Below, piece by piece: positions 1 through 9,517 of a stretch of 64,000 nt of DNA. The notes under the pieces are model-generated. The model searched no databases, had not been told where the DNA came from, and saw only the letters and a program-made list of their open reading frames with translations. The position numbers and the translations under genes were made by a program. Source of the DNA: Candidatus Multivoradales bacterium (lineage in GTDB: Bacteria > Acidobacteriota > Thermoanaerobaculia > Multivoradales > J023); NCBI GenBank assembly GCA_965248925.1, contig CBDFLE010000004.1, positions 1 through 64,000 of the forward strand, written 5' to 3'. The number at the start of each line of letters is the position of its first letter. Position 1 is the stretch's first letter.

Positions 1-152
1 GCGGGCACTTCGCATTGCCACTGGCCATCGGTTCTGACAGGGCACTTGAACCGAGCCCGGCTAGGCATCGGTTGCTGGTCCTCCCCTCTGTGCCAATGTA
101 AGTGAGACACTCAAGTACCGAGAAATTAGTGAGGGTGTGGAGAGCAATCACC

Positions 153-566
153 ATGGCGAGTCCAAGCCACGAGCTGCGAGATATGGGTGCTGACCGACCA
201 GATCCCGAGGTAGCTGAGAAGGCGAAGCGGCGGCGGTACAGCGCGTCGTACAAGCTGCGCATCGTCCAGGCCGCCGACGCCTGTAGCAAGCCCGGCGAGA
301 TTGGCGCCCTGCTTCGCCAGGAGGGTCTGTATTCCTCGCTACTGTCGACGTGGCGCCGTCAGCGCGACACGGGAGCTCTGGCCGGTCTGTCGAAGAAGCG
401 CGGTCGCAAGCGTCGACCGGTCTCTGCCGAGGCCCGCCGCGTCGCGGAGCTTGAGCGTGAGAATGCCCGGCTCAAGCATCAGCTGTACAAAGCCGAGACG
501 ATCATCGATGTCCAAAAAAAACTTTCCCGGCTGCTAGGGATCGAGCCGAGCGAGAGCCAGCCATGA
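153..566 (+). CDS. IS3-family transposase OrfA (HTH)
   Basis: KRRRYSASYKLRIV...EGLYSSLLSTWRRQ HTH, coiled-coil C-terminus ending IIDVQKKLSRLLG. ATG at 153 is preferred because the ORF-track start at 102 lies inside the IR. Confidence 0.9.
   Translation: MASPSHELRDMGADRPDPEVAEKAKRRRYSASYKLRIVQAADACSKPGEIGALLRQEGLYSSLLSTWRRQRDTGALAGLSKKRGRKRRPVSAEARRVAELERENARLKHQLYKAETIIDVQKKLSRLLGIEPSESQP
514..521 (+). other. -1 programmed frameshift site (A8) joining OrfA to OrfB
   Basis: CAA AAA AAA CTT in the orfA frame. The -1 frame (ACT TTC CCG...GCC ATG) is open into orfB. Confidence 0.75.
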
Positions 567-1684
567 GCGCTGTGGCGCCGCTGGCCGAGACGGTGGGGGT
601 GCAAGCAGCCTGCGTCGCCTTGGCGGTCCCCAGAGCCACTTTCTATCGCCGCCGTCGGCAGCAGAGCGCAGGGCCGCAGCTATCAACGCGGCCTCGACCG
701 CCGCTGGCATTGACGCCCGCTGAACGCCAGGAGGTCCTCGATGTGTTGCACTCGGAGCGCTTCGTCGACCGCTCGCCGCGTCAAGTCTGGGCGGCGCTGC
801 TGGACGAGGATCAGCGCCATATCTGCTCGGTGCGCACCATGTACCGGGTCCTGGAGTCTGAGGGCGAGCTGCGCGAGCGACGCCGTCAGCGGCGTCATCC
901 CAACTACACCAAGCCCGAACTGCTGGCCACAGGGCCGAACGAGGTGTGGTCGTGGGACATCACCAAGCTCAAGGGCCCGGTGAAGTGGACCCACTACTAC
1001 CTTTACGTAATTCTGGACGTCTTCAGCCGCTACATCGTCGGCTGGATGCTCGCCTGCCGCGAGTCCGGAGGGCTCGCGAAGCGGTTGATCGCCGACAGTG
1101 TTGAGAAGCAAGGTGTTGAGCGAGATCGACTTACCTTGCACTCGGACCGCGGTTCGAGCATGACATCCAAGCCAGTGGCTCTACTGCTGGCCGATCTCGG
1201 GATGACACGGTCGCTGAACCGGCCCTACACGAGCAACGACAATCCGTTCTCTGAGGCCCAGTTCAAGACGCTCAAGTACCATCCGAGCTTTCCCGACCGC
1301 TTCGGATCACTGGAAGATGCACGAGCATTCTGCCGCTCGTTCATCGGCTGGTACAACACGCAGCACTACCACACAGGACTCGGCTTGTTGACGCCAGAGA
1401 CCGTCCACTACGGCCTCACGGCCTCAGTACTGGAGCAACGTCGAGAAGTCCTCGCCGCCGCCTCAGCCGCTCATCCAAGCCGCTTCAAGCGGCGAACGCC
1501 GGCTTTGCCGGAGCCCAGTGGCGAGGTCTGGATCAACCCGCCGATCACCACCACCAGCACTGACCCAGCCGATACCGAGAACGAGGTGACACACCGCGTA
1601 GACGACGACGCACCAGGCGAGACACCTGCCTGCGCGCCCTCGTTGAAAGCGATGGTGCCGGAGCCACTACCGATTCCGTACTAA
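563..1684 (+). CDS. IS3-family transposase OrfB (rve/DDE integrase core)
   Basis: WSWDITKL, LHSDRGS and NDNPFSEAQFKTLKY DDE motifs. Overlaps orfA at ATGA. Confidence 0.95.
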   Translation: MSAVAPLAETVGVQAACVALAVPRATFYRRRRQQSAGPQLSTRPRPPLALTPAERQEVLDVLHSERFVDRSPRQVWAALLDEDQRHICSVRTMYRVLESEGELRERRRQRRHPNYTKPELLATGPNEVWSWDITKLKGPVKWTHYYLYVILDVFSRYIVGWMLACRESGGLAKRLIADSVEKQGVERDRLTLHSDRGSSMTSKPVALLLADLGMTRSLNRPYTSNDNPFSEAQFKTLKYHPSFPDRFGSLEDARAFCRSFIGWYNTQHYHTGLGLLTPETVHYGLTASVLEQRREVLAAASAAHPSRFKRRTPALPEPSGEVWINPPITTTSTDPADTENEVTHRVDDDAPGETPACAPSLKAMVPEPLPIPY

Positions 1685-2491
1685 TTCCCAGAAGAAAGTG
1701 TCTCATTCTCATTGACACATTCCGCTCTCGCAACCAGATGGGGAGTTCCTCTAGCGTCAGTTCAAGGGCATTTGGCAGCACACTGTTCGGCACGTTGAGA
1801 TTCCCCCTGACCGAACCGGACGCAAAGACGCTGAGGCGGGCCGTTTCTTTGGCTTTCCTGACCAAGATCACTGTTGGCTCTGACCAAAGACCATCCGCGG
1901 TCAGGGAGAGATGAACTACTTCGTTCTTAGGCAGTCGCAGCGAAACCGCCCCAGGCACGGTAACCTGAAGAGTTTGGTGGCTGCCACGGGCGGGTATCTC
2001 GACCTCCAGCTCTGCCCTTCGTGGTGGTTCAACGGCCAGCCCAGCAACCGGCGAGAAAGTCAGGTCCATCGCCACCTCTAGATCAGTGTCAGCGAGGGAC
2101 GGTCGGACCAGGAGGAACAGAATCAGCAGACATTGGTAGTTTGCAAGATCTGGAATCCAAGAGAACCCTAGCCGTTGCTCAACCATTCCCTGCACCTCGT
2201 CAGAGCATTTCAAGACCCAACGGGACTGGTGGCTCGCACTTCCAGGCCGACATCTACATGCATAGCCTCACTCCGGGTCAAGGGATTCAGATCGCGGATC
2301 GGCCGTCCCCAGGTCAGGCCTGTGCAACAGGGTGCTGGCGGTAGCGCGCAGTCTCAGAACTCTGGGCACGCTGCCCGACCTGTGAACGCCCAGAGTGTGT
2401 CCTACGAGTGCAAGCTCCTCAAGTTCATCGCATATCAGGTGAACAGGCGGGTAGCCACTGGGTGCAGCAGAACGTCATCAGACGAGCTTGT

Positions 2492-2872
2492 TCAGACGTA
2501 AGAACATTGATCGGACCTGGAACAGTTCTTGTACCATGCTTCGGTACGCCCATCGCCGTCGCTATCGTACTGAACCGTAGTTCCGCTGGTGACGCACGAT
2601 TGATAGCCGGGGTCCTGTGGTGATCCGTTTAGTTTAGGCAAACATCTGTAATAGTAGTCACTACTGCCGAGGTAGTCGTTCATGAACTTCTCATCGCACT
2701 GCAGGCAGTTCGAAGGAGGTGGGTCGGTAGGCGGCGGGGGTGGAGTAGTCGGCCCACCGCCGCCTTGGCAGCCATCGGACCCACCGTAGTCTTGAAATTG
2801 GGCGGCCGCGGGCGGGCTGATGAGCGAGGCGATAGTGGCTAGGATAGAAAAACAGAATAGAACTCTATGCAT
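2492..2872 (-). CDS. Small secreted Cys/Pro-rich hypothetical protein
   Basis: GGAGG RBS, signal peptide ending PAAA, poly-Pro linker, 7 Cys in the mature part. Confidence 0.75.
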   Translation of the reverse strand: MHRVLFCFSILATIASLISPPAAAQFQDYGGSDGCQGGGGPTTPPPPPTDPPPSNCLQCDEKFMNDYLGSSDYYYRCLPKLNGSPQDPGYQSCVTSGTTVQYDSDGDGRTEAWYKNCSRSDQCSYV

Positions 2873-3008
2873 CGTAAACCTCCAAAAGAAAAACTCTCAA
2901 CCTATAGTAAGCGCGAAGGTAGACTTCTTCTTTGTAAATGTCAATGGCGGCTATTGTCTCCAAACCTTGAAAACGACGGAGTACTCTTGGTTTCTGTGGG
3001 TGGACTTG

Positions 3009-4334
3009 CTACGCCAGCAGCCACAGCGGCAAGGCGTAGGTGCGATCGTCGAGCTGCTGAGGTTCGCCGGAGTGGAGGACGAAGCGGTAGGGGATCTCCA
3101 GACCGAGGGGGCGGTGGTCGTTCTCGAAGGCGTCGAGACCGCGCAGCCAGCGGCGGCGAGGAGCTTCGCCGAGCTTGATCTCGAAGGGTATGTGGTAGCC
3201 GCGGTTGGAAACCACCAAGTCGACTTCGGAGACCGCGGTCTTCGACCAGAAACGGAGTTCTGGAGAGGTCGGCTCGAGAGCGCACCACTTGGCGATCTCG
3301 ATGATCGCCGCCAGCTCGGCGTAGGCTCCGAGCTGGCCTGAGCTCTCCAGCAAACGACGGTCTTCGAATCCTCGCAGGCCCCACAGCAGACCACTATCGG
3401 TGAAGTAGAGCTTGGGCGCCTTGACCACCCTCTTGAAGGGATTGGCCGAGAATGGGGCCAGGCGTAGGAGATTGAAGGTCTGCTCCATCAGTCCCGCGTA
3501 TTTGCGCAGGGTCACCGAGGTGGTGGCGATTCGGCGGGCGGCAGTCTCCCACTTGAGGGTGCTGCCGGTGGAGGCCGCGATGTGGGCCAAGGCGGAGCGA
3601 AACAGAGTCAAATTGCCGACCGCCGCCAGGCTCTGGATATCTTTTTCGAGATAGGTCGCCAGGTAGTCGCGAACCCAGGTCTCCGGAACCTCGCTGATGC
3701 AGGGTTCTGGGAACAGGGGGTGCAAGAGGTGGTCGCGAGTCCATTGCCGACGTTCGGCCGCGTGCCACTTGCTGCGCTCGATGAGGGCGGTGAAATCCTC
3801 GGCTGTAAAACGGCCGGTCAAGAGCCTGCTGAGGATCTTCGGCAGCTCGTCTTGGGTTGGATCTTGCTGTCGGCTGTGAGCGAAGCCTTCTGACAAGGTG
3901 AAGGGGAAGAGATGGTGGATGCGCACTCGCCCGGCCAAGCTCTCGGCGACGGGATCATGGATCGCCAGAGCCGATGAACCGGTCAGGATCACCCGCAGCT
4001 TCTCAGGCCGCTCGTCGTAGAGAGCTTTGAGAACTTCGAATAACGCTGGTGCCTTCTGCGCCTCGTCGAGCAGCAGGTAGAGGGGGCTGGCCTGCCGCCA
4101 TGGCTTGCCGATCTGCTCTTCGATGATGCGCACCAAGCCGTTCTCAGCACTCAGCTGGTCGCGCAGATAGGGATCGTCGAGATTCAGGCTCACTTTGTCA
4201 GCTGTTTTGGCATCTGCGACTAACGAGCGGGCGAGGGTCGACTTGCCGGTCTGACGGGCACCGATGAGTACCAGGATCTTGTGATCGGCCAGAGCTTTTC
4301 GGCAAGCGGTTTGGAGGTGGCGCGGGGTATACAT
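3009..4334 (-). CDS. AAA+ ATPase with DUF4143 domain
   Basis: Walker A GARQTGKST, Walker B LLLDEAQ, LTGSS, KAPKLYFTDSGL, C-terminal EVDLV...PFEIK PD-(D/E)xK-like motif. Confidence 0.92.
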   Translation of the reverse strand: MYTPRHLQTACRKALADHKILVLIGARQTGKSTLARSLVADAKTADKVSLNLDDPYLRDQLSAENGLVRIIEEQIGKPWRQASPLYLLLDEAQKAPALFEVLKALYDERPEKLRVILTGSSALAIHDPVAESLAGRVRIHHLFPFTLSEGFAHSRQQDPTQDELPKILSRLLTGRFTAEDFTALIERSKWHAAERRQWTRDHLLHPLFPEPCISEVPETWVRDYLATYLEKDIQSLAAVGNLTLFRSALAHIAASTGSTLKWETAARRIATTSVTLRKYAGLMEQTFNLLRLAPFSANPFKRVVKAPKLYFTDSGLLWGLRGFEDRRLLESSGQLGAYAELAAIIEIAKWCALEPTSPELRFWSKTAVSEVDLVVSNRGYHIPFEIKLGEAPRRRWLRGLDAFENDHRPLGLEIPYRFVLHSGEPQQLDDRTYALPLWLLA

Positions 4335-4359
4335 CTAGGGCAGTATACCAAGAAACATT

Positions 4360-4423
4360 GCAGAATCGATAGGGTGTTATCGACTTTGCAACGCAGAATC
4401 GATAGGGAGCTATCGACTTTGCA
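4360..4423. repeat. Two 31-bp direct repeats, each palindromic (operator-like)
   Basis: GCAGAATCGATAGGGTGTTATCGACTTTGCA (4360-4390) and GCAGAATCGATAGGGAGCTATCGACTTTGCA (4393-4423). Confidence 0.85.
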
Positions 4424-4489
4424 TTTATGATTGGCGATAAGTTGCGATGATGAGCAGTGCCGATCGAGCCCGGATCAGGGGCTTGGCCT

Positions 4490-4816
4490 TCATTCCCAGG
4501 GAATGTCGGGCATCGCCAGCCGTTCGATCTCGACGCCTGCGAGGACGGATTGGTCGAGGATCTCGTCGATATCGGCTTTGACCACTCCCCGGTACCAGAA
4601 GTTGTGTGGCCAGATATTGACCGCGATGCCTTGGCTACAGTGTTTGAGGCAGCCGGTGCGGACCACCATGACGTCGTCGCGGATACCGCGGCTGCGGACG
4701 CTGTCTTTGAATCGGCGGTAGACATCGAGAGCGTCCCTGCTGCCACAGCAGGGTTTGGTGGCGTCGGCTGGGCGTTGGTTGACGCACACTAGAATCTGGA
4801 TCCTGGGCTTGGCCAT
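4490..4816 (-). CDS. Thioredoxin-like [2Fe-2S] ferredoxin
   Basis: ILVCVNQR...KPCC...TGCLKHCSQG...WYRGV pattern. Confidence 0.88.
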   Translation of the reverse strand: MAKPRIQILVCVNQRPADATKPCCGSRDALDVYRRFKDSVRSRGIRDDVMVVRTGCLKHCSQGIAVNIWPHNFWYRGVVKADIDEILDQSVLAGVEIERLAMPDIPWE

Positions 4817-4899
4817 GGACGGATTCTACCTTGCGTGGTGCGCCGCGCTGATGGTGGATTTGCCTTGATCAGCAGCGGCCGGATGCGTACCCTTGCGCC

Positions 4900-5532
4900 A
4901 TGTCACAAGCTGTAGTCCTCGATCACCCGCTCGTTGCCCACCATCTGACACTGCTGCGCGACCAGGCGACCCGGCCGGCTGAGTTCCGTGCTCTGGTCGA
5001 TTCGCTTACCAGCGCCCTGGTGCTCGCAGCCACCACCGACCTGCGGCTTGAGGCGGCAGCGGTGACCACTCCGGTAGGGCCGGCCGCCGGCTCCTGCCTG
5101 AGCGAAAGCATTGGTGTGGTGCCGATTCTCCGCGCCGGTCTGGGAATGACCGATCCGGTGTTACGGATGCTGCCGGGGGCCGAAGTCTGGCACCTGGGCC
5201 TGTACCGCAACGAGGAAACCCTGGAGCCGGTGGAGTATTATCAGAAGCTGCCAGCGGGCAAGGCGGTCGAGGTCGCGCTGGTGGTCGACCCGATGCTGGC
5301 CACCGGTGGCTCGGCGACCGCGGCGCTGGCGACGGTGCGGCGCTGGGGGGTGCCGCGGATCAAGCTACTGACTCTGATCTCGGCGCCCGAGGGCATCGCC
5401 CGGGTCGAGGCGGAGCATCCCGAGGTGCAGATCTACACTTGCGTCATCGATCAACGGCTCGACCATCGCGGCTATATCGTGCCGGGGTTGGGTGATGCCG
5501 GGGATCGTTTGTTCAATACCGTCGGAGATTGA
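4900..5532 (+). CDS. upp: Uracil phosphoribosyltransferase
   Basis: VPILRAGLGM, DPMLATGGS, GYIVPGLGDAGDRLF. Confidence 0.97.
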   Translation: MSQAVVLDHPLVAHHLTLLRDQATRPAEFRALVDSLTSALVLAATTDLRLEAAAVTTPVGPAAGSCLSESIGVVPILRAGLGMTDPVLRMLPGAEVWHLGLYRNEETLEPVEYYQKLPAGKAVEVALVVDPMLATGGSATAALATVRRWGVPRIKLLTLISAPEGIARVEAEHPEVQIYTCVIDQRLDHRGYIVPGLGDAGDRLFNTVGD

Positions 5533-5551
5533 GACCCTCCCCAACCTGATC

Positions 5552-6499
5552 TTAGGAAGCCGGGGCGGTCGGCTGTCGATCTACCGCTTGCAGCCAGCCT
5601 TCGGTGTCTGCCGTCGAACCATCGAAGAGGCCAAAAAAAGCGCACTGTAGTGCTCGGGTCACCGGCCCTGGCCCTCCATTGCCGATACTCAGGCCATCGA
5701 TGCCCTTGACCGGGGTGATCTCGGCCGCGGTGCCGGTGAGGAAGACCTCCTCGGCAACGTAGGCCCGTTCGCGGGCCAGCGGCTCTTGGCGAACCTCGAT
5801 GCCCAGCCGTCGCGCCAGCTGCATCACCGTGTCGCGGGTCAGGCCGCGCAACACCGAGGAAGCTTGAGGTGGCGTGCAGATCACTCCGTTTTCGACCAGG
5901 AAGAAATTCTCCCCAGCCCCTTCGCTGATCTGGCCGGCATCGTTCAGGGCGATGCCTTCGGTGTAGCCGTGGCGGCGAGCTTCCTCGGCGATCAGCTGCG
6001 AGTTGAGATAGTGCCCGCAGGCCTTGGCCAGTAGGGGCGTGGAGTGACTCGAGGGCCGAATCCAAGACGAGAAGGCCACTTCGATCCCTTGTTCGAGCGC
6101 CTCACTGCCCAAATAAGCACCCCATTCGAGGGCACCGATCGCCAGCTCTACCGGGTTGTCTTCTGCGGTCACCGCCAACGAACCCACCCCGCGGTAAGCG
6201 ATCGGACGTAGGTAGGCGGAATCGAGGCGGTTGGCGATCAATAGCTCGCGGCAGGCCGCGGCTAATTGTTGCCGGTCCCAGTCGAGACGCAGGCGGTAGA
6301 TCCGCGCCGACTGTTCGAGCCGGCGGAGGTGATCGTCAAGGCGGAAGATAGCGCTACCGGTAGGGGTGGCGTAGGCGCGGATGCCTTCGAACACCGCCGA
6401 ACCGTAGTGCAGGCCGTGAGCCATCACATGCACGGTGGCCTCTTGCCAAGCCACCAACTTTCCATTGTGCCAAATCCACTGGGTTGGGGTGAGTCCCAT
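5552..6499 (-). CDS. ilvE: Branched-chain amino acid aminotransferase
   Basis: HGLHYGSAVFEGIRAY, EGAGENFF, EVFLTGTAAEITPV. Confidence 0.95.
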   Translation of the reverse strand: MGLTPTQWIWHNGKLVAWQEATVHVMAHGLHYGSAVFEGIRAYATPTGSAIFRLDDHLRRLEQSARIYRLRLDWDRQQLAAACRELLIANRLDSAYLRPIAYRGVGSLAVTAEDNPVELAIGALEWGAYLGSEALEQGIEVAFSSWIRPSSHSTPLLAKACGHYLNSQLIAEEARRHGYTEGIALNDAGQISEGAGENFFLVENGVICTPPQASSVLRGLTRDTVMQLARRLGIEVRQEPLARERAYVAEEVFLTGTAAEITPVKGIDGLSIGNGGPGPVTRALQCAFFGLFDGSTADTEGWLQAVDRQPTAPAS

Positions 6500-6765
6500 C
6501 AGCTGCTCCTCAGGTGGTGATCGGCAGAACCGTCAGCCCGCACTTGCAATAGGCGACAATCGCCGAGGTTGTCTAAATGGCGTGCCAGGATGCCGAGGCG
6601 CCGCTCGCCGCTAACCGTGACTTGCACCGTCAGCCGGTTGTCGTCGCCGCGCTCGGCGGTCATCGCGTCGACCGCGTAGCCACGCCGTCTGACCACCGCC
6701 AGCAGACGCTCTAGAGCGCTGGTGGCGGGGGCGATATCCAAGGTCAAATGTCCGCTCGTGGGCAT
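6499..6765 (-). CDS. ilvM: Acetolactate synthase II small subunit (ACT)
   Basis: LERLLAVVRRRGY motif, 88 aa, downstream of the AHAS large subunit. Confidence 0.85.
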   Translation of the reverse strand: MPTSGHLTLDIAPATSALERLLAVVRRRGYAVDAMTAERGDDNRLTVQVTVSGERRLGILARHLDNLGDCRLLQVRADGSADHHLRSS

Positions 6766-6793
6766 GAGGTTCTCTCCAGTTCTGGGTCTCGGG

Positions 6794-8458
6794 TCAAGGG
6801 GCCGCTGTGGTTGGTTGTCGGTCGATCATCTGTGAGTTGTTGGCGCCAGCGGGTACGAAGGGCCACACATTTGCGTGCCGATCAATCGCTACGTGGAGCA
6901 GCTGCGGGCCGTCGGAGTGGAGTAGGAAATCGATCGCGCTATCGACCTGTTGCGCGCCGGTGACGGTCTGCGCTGCGATGCCGAAAGCGCGGGCGACGGC
7001 AGCAAAATCGGGATTGTCGCTGAGATCGATCTCACTCTCGCGGTTGCCCAAGAGGACCTCTTGCTGTTGTCGCACCAAGCCGAGGGTCTGATTGTCAAGC
7101 AGGACGATCTTGATCGGCAGCTGGTAGCGCCGCACGGTGGCCAGCTCTTGAATATTCATCATGATCGAGCCGTCGCCGGTGACGTTGATCACCGTCGCCT
7201 CGGGGTGGGCCAGCTGCACACCGATGGCGGCTGGCAGGCCGAAGCCCATGGTGCCCAGGCCGCCGCTGGTCAGGTGTTGCTTGGGATGCTCCATCTGCCA
7301 GTGTTGGGCGACCCACATTTGGTGTTGGCCGACATCGCAGACGACGTAAGTGCCGGAGGGGGATCGCCGCGACAGCTGGCGCAGCAGGTGAGGAGCATAG
7401 ATCGCCGCGCCAGGTGCGTCGTAGCGCCAGGCGTGGGCACGTCGCCACTCACCACAGCGTTGCTGCCAGGGCTCGATATCGAGGGGGCGGGCGAGGGCGG
7501 CAAGGCCCTGGCACAGGTCGCCGCGCACCGCTGCCGTCGGTAGTCGCAGCTTGCCGAGTTCGGCCGGATCGATATCGAGGTGGATCACCCGAGCTGCGGG
7601 GGCGAACTCGCTCAGCTTGCCGGTAGCTCGATCGTCGAAGCGGCAGCCGACGGCGAAGAGCAAATCGCACTCCTGAACGGCGTAGTTGGCCGCCTTATGA
7701 CCGTGCATGCCGAGCATGCCAAGGAGCAGTGGATGGTTGCTCGGCAAGCCGCCGAGCCCTTGCAGGGTATGCACCACGGGCATGCCGGTGGTGGTCACGA
7801 ACTGGCGCAGCGCGTCGACCGCGCCCCCTTTGGATACCCCGCCGCCTGAGTAAAGCAGGGGCCTTTGGCAAGCGTCGAGCAGCGCCGCTGCTCGGCTGAG
7901 GTCGGTGGCGGCTGGGGAGGGCGTCGGTGGCTGCGCGGCCGGTGCCAGCGGGCGGCTCGCGACCGCTGCTTGAGCCACGTCTCGCGGCAGATCGATCACC
8001 ACCGGTCCCGGGCGACCGCCGCCGGCGATCTGGAAGGCTTCGCTGACGATCTTTGGGAGGGTCTCAGGGTCTTCCACCAGGTAGCTGTGTTTGACGATCG
8101 GCAGGGTGATGCCGAGCACGTCGACTTCCTGGAAGGCGTCGGTGCCGATCAGCGCCCGCGGTACCTGACCGGTGATGGCGATGATCGGAACTGAATCGAG
8201 GTAGGCATCGGCGATGCCGGTGATCAGATTGGTGGCGCCGGGACCCGAGGTGGCCATGCACACGCCCACCCGACCGGTGGTGCGAGCCCAGCCTTGAGCG
8301 GCGAAAGCGGCGGCTTGCTCGTGGCGCACCAGGTAGTGTTTGATCGGCGAATCGAGCAGGGCGTCGTAGACCGGCATGATGGCACCGCCGGGGTAGCCCC
8401 AGATGCGGTCGATGCCCTCGTTTTCCAGACAGCGCAGCAGCAGCTCGGCGCCGTTCAT
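6794..8458 (-). CDS. ilvG: Acetolactate synthase II large subunit
   Basis: MNGAELLL start overlapping the ilvC stop (ATGA). GYPGGAIMPVYDAL, RHEQ, TSGPGATN, GDGS..MNIQEL. Confidence 0.93.
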   Translation of the reverse strand: MNGAELLLRCLENEGIDRIWGYPGGAIMPVYDALLDSPIKHYLVRHEQAAAFAAQGWARTTGRVGVCMATSGPGATNLITGIADAYLDSVPIIAITGQVPRALIGTDAFQEVDVLGITLPIVKHSYLVEDPETLPKIVSEAFQIAGGGRPGPVVIDLPRDVAQAAVASRPLAPAAQPPTPSPAATDLSRAAALLDACQRPLLYSGGGVSKGGAVDALRQFVTTTGMPVVHTLQGLGGLPSNHPLLLGMLGMHGHKAANYAVQECDLLFAVGCRFDDRATGKLSEFAPAARVIHLDIDPAELGKLRLPTAAVRGDLCQGLAALARPLDIEPWQQRCGEWRRAHAWRYDAPGAAIYAPHLLRQLSRRSPSGTYVVCDVGQHQMWVAQHWQMEHPKQHLTSGGLGTMGFGLPAAIGVQLAHPEATVINVTGDGSIMMNIQELATVRRYQLPIKIVLLDNQTLGLVRQQQEVLLGNRESEIDLSDNPDFAAVARAFGIAAQTVTGAQQVDSAIDFLLHSDGPQLLHVAIDRHANVWPFVPAGANNSQMIDRQPTTAAP

Positions 8459-9465
8459 GCCGCCGCCTCGGGGGCGCCGCCCAGCCAGGGCAGGCGGGCC
8501 CGCAGCCGGCGACCCACCTCTTCGATCGGATGGGTCAAGCGCTGGCGCTTGAGGGTGGCATAGCTGCCGCCACCGCGCTGGCTCTCGGCGCGCCATTCGG
8601 CGGCGAACGAGCCACTCTGTATCTCACTCAGAATATCGCGCATGCGTTGCCGGGCGGCGCTGTCGATGATCCTCGGGCCGCGGGTCAGATCGCCGTAGCT
8701 GGCAGTGTCGCTGATAAAGTGGTGCATGCGTTCGAGACCACCTTCGTAGAGCAGGTCGACGATTAGTTTGAGCTCGTGCAGGCATTCGAAGTAGGCCACT
8801 TCGGGTGAGTAGCCGGCCTCCACCAAGGTCTCCCAACCGGCGGTTACCAACTCGCTGACACCGCCGCAGAGCACCGCTTGTTCGCCGAAAAGGTCGGTTT
8901 CGGTCTCTTCTTTGAATGTGGTTTCGAGCAGGCCAGCGCGGGCGCCACCGATCGCTGCGCCGTAGGCCCGTGCGAGCTGCTCAGCGTTGCCGCTGGCGTC
9001 CTGGTGGACGGCGAGCAGGCAGGGCACGCCACGGCCGGCTTGGTATTGCTCGCGCACCAGGTTGCCGGGACCCTTGGGGGCGATCAGCACCACATCGATG
9101 CCGGCTGGGGTGGTGATGGCGCCGAAGTGAATGTTGAAACCGTGACTGAATAGCAGCGCCGCGCCGGCCTTGAGCCGCCCGCGGATGATGCTGACGAAGA
9201 TCTCCGGTTGCGCCATATCGGGGGTCAGCAAGGCCACCAGGTCGGCTCCCTCGACCGCATCGGCGAGGGTCAGTGGCGGCCAGCCATCGGCTTCAGCAGC
9301 AGCCCAGCTAGCGCCCTCGGGACGCAGGCCGAGAACCACATCGATGCCGCTGTCGCGTAGGTTGAGCGCTTGCGCCCGGCCCTGGCTGCCGTAACCAAGG
9401 ACGGCGACGCGACGGTTGGCGAGGGCGCTGCTATCGGTAGTGTTCTGCCAGTGAATGTGAGTCAT
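8455..9465 (-). CDS. ilvC: Ketol-acid reductoisomerase
   Basis: GYGSQGRAQALNLRDSG, ETETDLFGEQAVLCGG, AYFECLHELKLIVDL. ATG 9465 follows GGGAG. Confidence 0.96.
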   Translation of the reverse strand: MTHIHWQNTTDSSALANRRVAVLGYGSQGRAQALNLRDSGIDVVLGLRPEGASWAAAEADGWPPLTLADAVEGADLVALLTPDMAQPEIFVSIIRGRLKAGAALLFSHGFNIHFGAITTPAGIDVVLIAPKGPGNLVREQYQAGRGVPCLLAVHQDASGNAEQLARAYGAAIGGARAGLLETTFKEETETDLFGEQAVLCGGVSELVTAGWETLVEAGYSPEVAYFECLHELKLIVDLLYEGGLERMHHFISDTASYGDLTRGPRIIDSAARQRMRDILSEIQSGSFAAEWRAESQRGGGSYATLKRQRLTHPIEEVGRRLRARLPWLGGAPEAAA

Positions 9466-9517
9466 CTCGAATCTCCCGGTGGGTTGGGTAGAGGGCTGCC
9501 CACGGCCTTGAGCGAAT

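Larger units (their letters stand above)
89..1726 (+). mobile_element. IS3-family insertion sequence, apparently intact
   Basis: Terminal IRs TGTGCCAATGTAAGTGAGACACT (89-111) and AGTGTCTCATTCTCATTGACACA (1697-1719) match at 19/23. orfA/orfB layout is present. A CTC duplication at 86-88/1727-1729 is inferred, so the right end is 1719-1726. Confidence 0.92.
1..2186 (-). pseudogene. Secreted carboxypeptidase-regulatory-like domain protein interrupted by the IS
   Basis: An ORF with a signal-like N-terminus (LLILFLLVRPSLA) runs into the IS right end. Removing 89-1729 restores the reading ...PIWLRGEDQQPMPSRARFKCPVRTDGQWQCEVPA to the window edge. Confidence 0.6.

Noticed and set aside
4360-4423. 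Mini CRISPR array
   Set aside because: Only two copies separated by 2 bp, no spacers, no cas genes.
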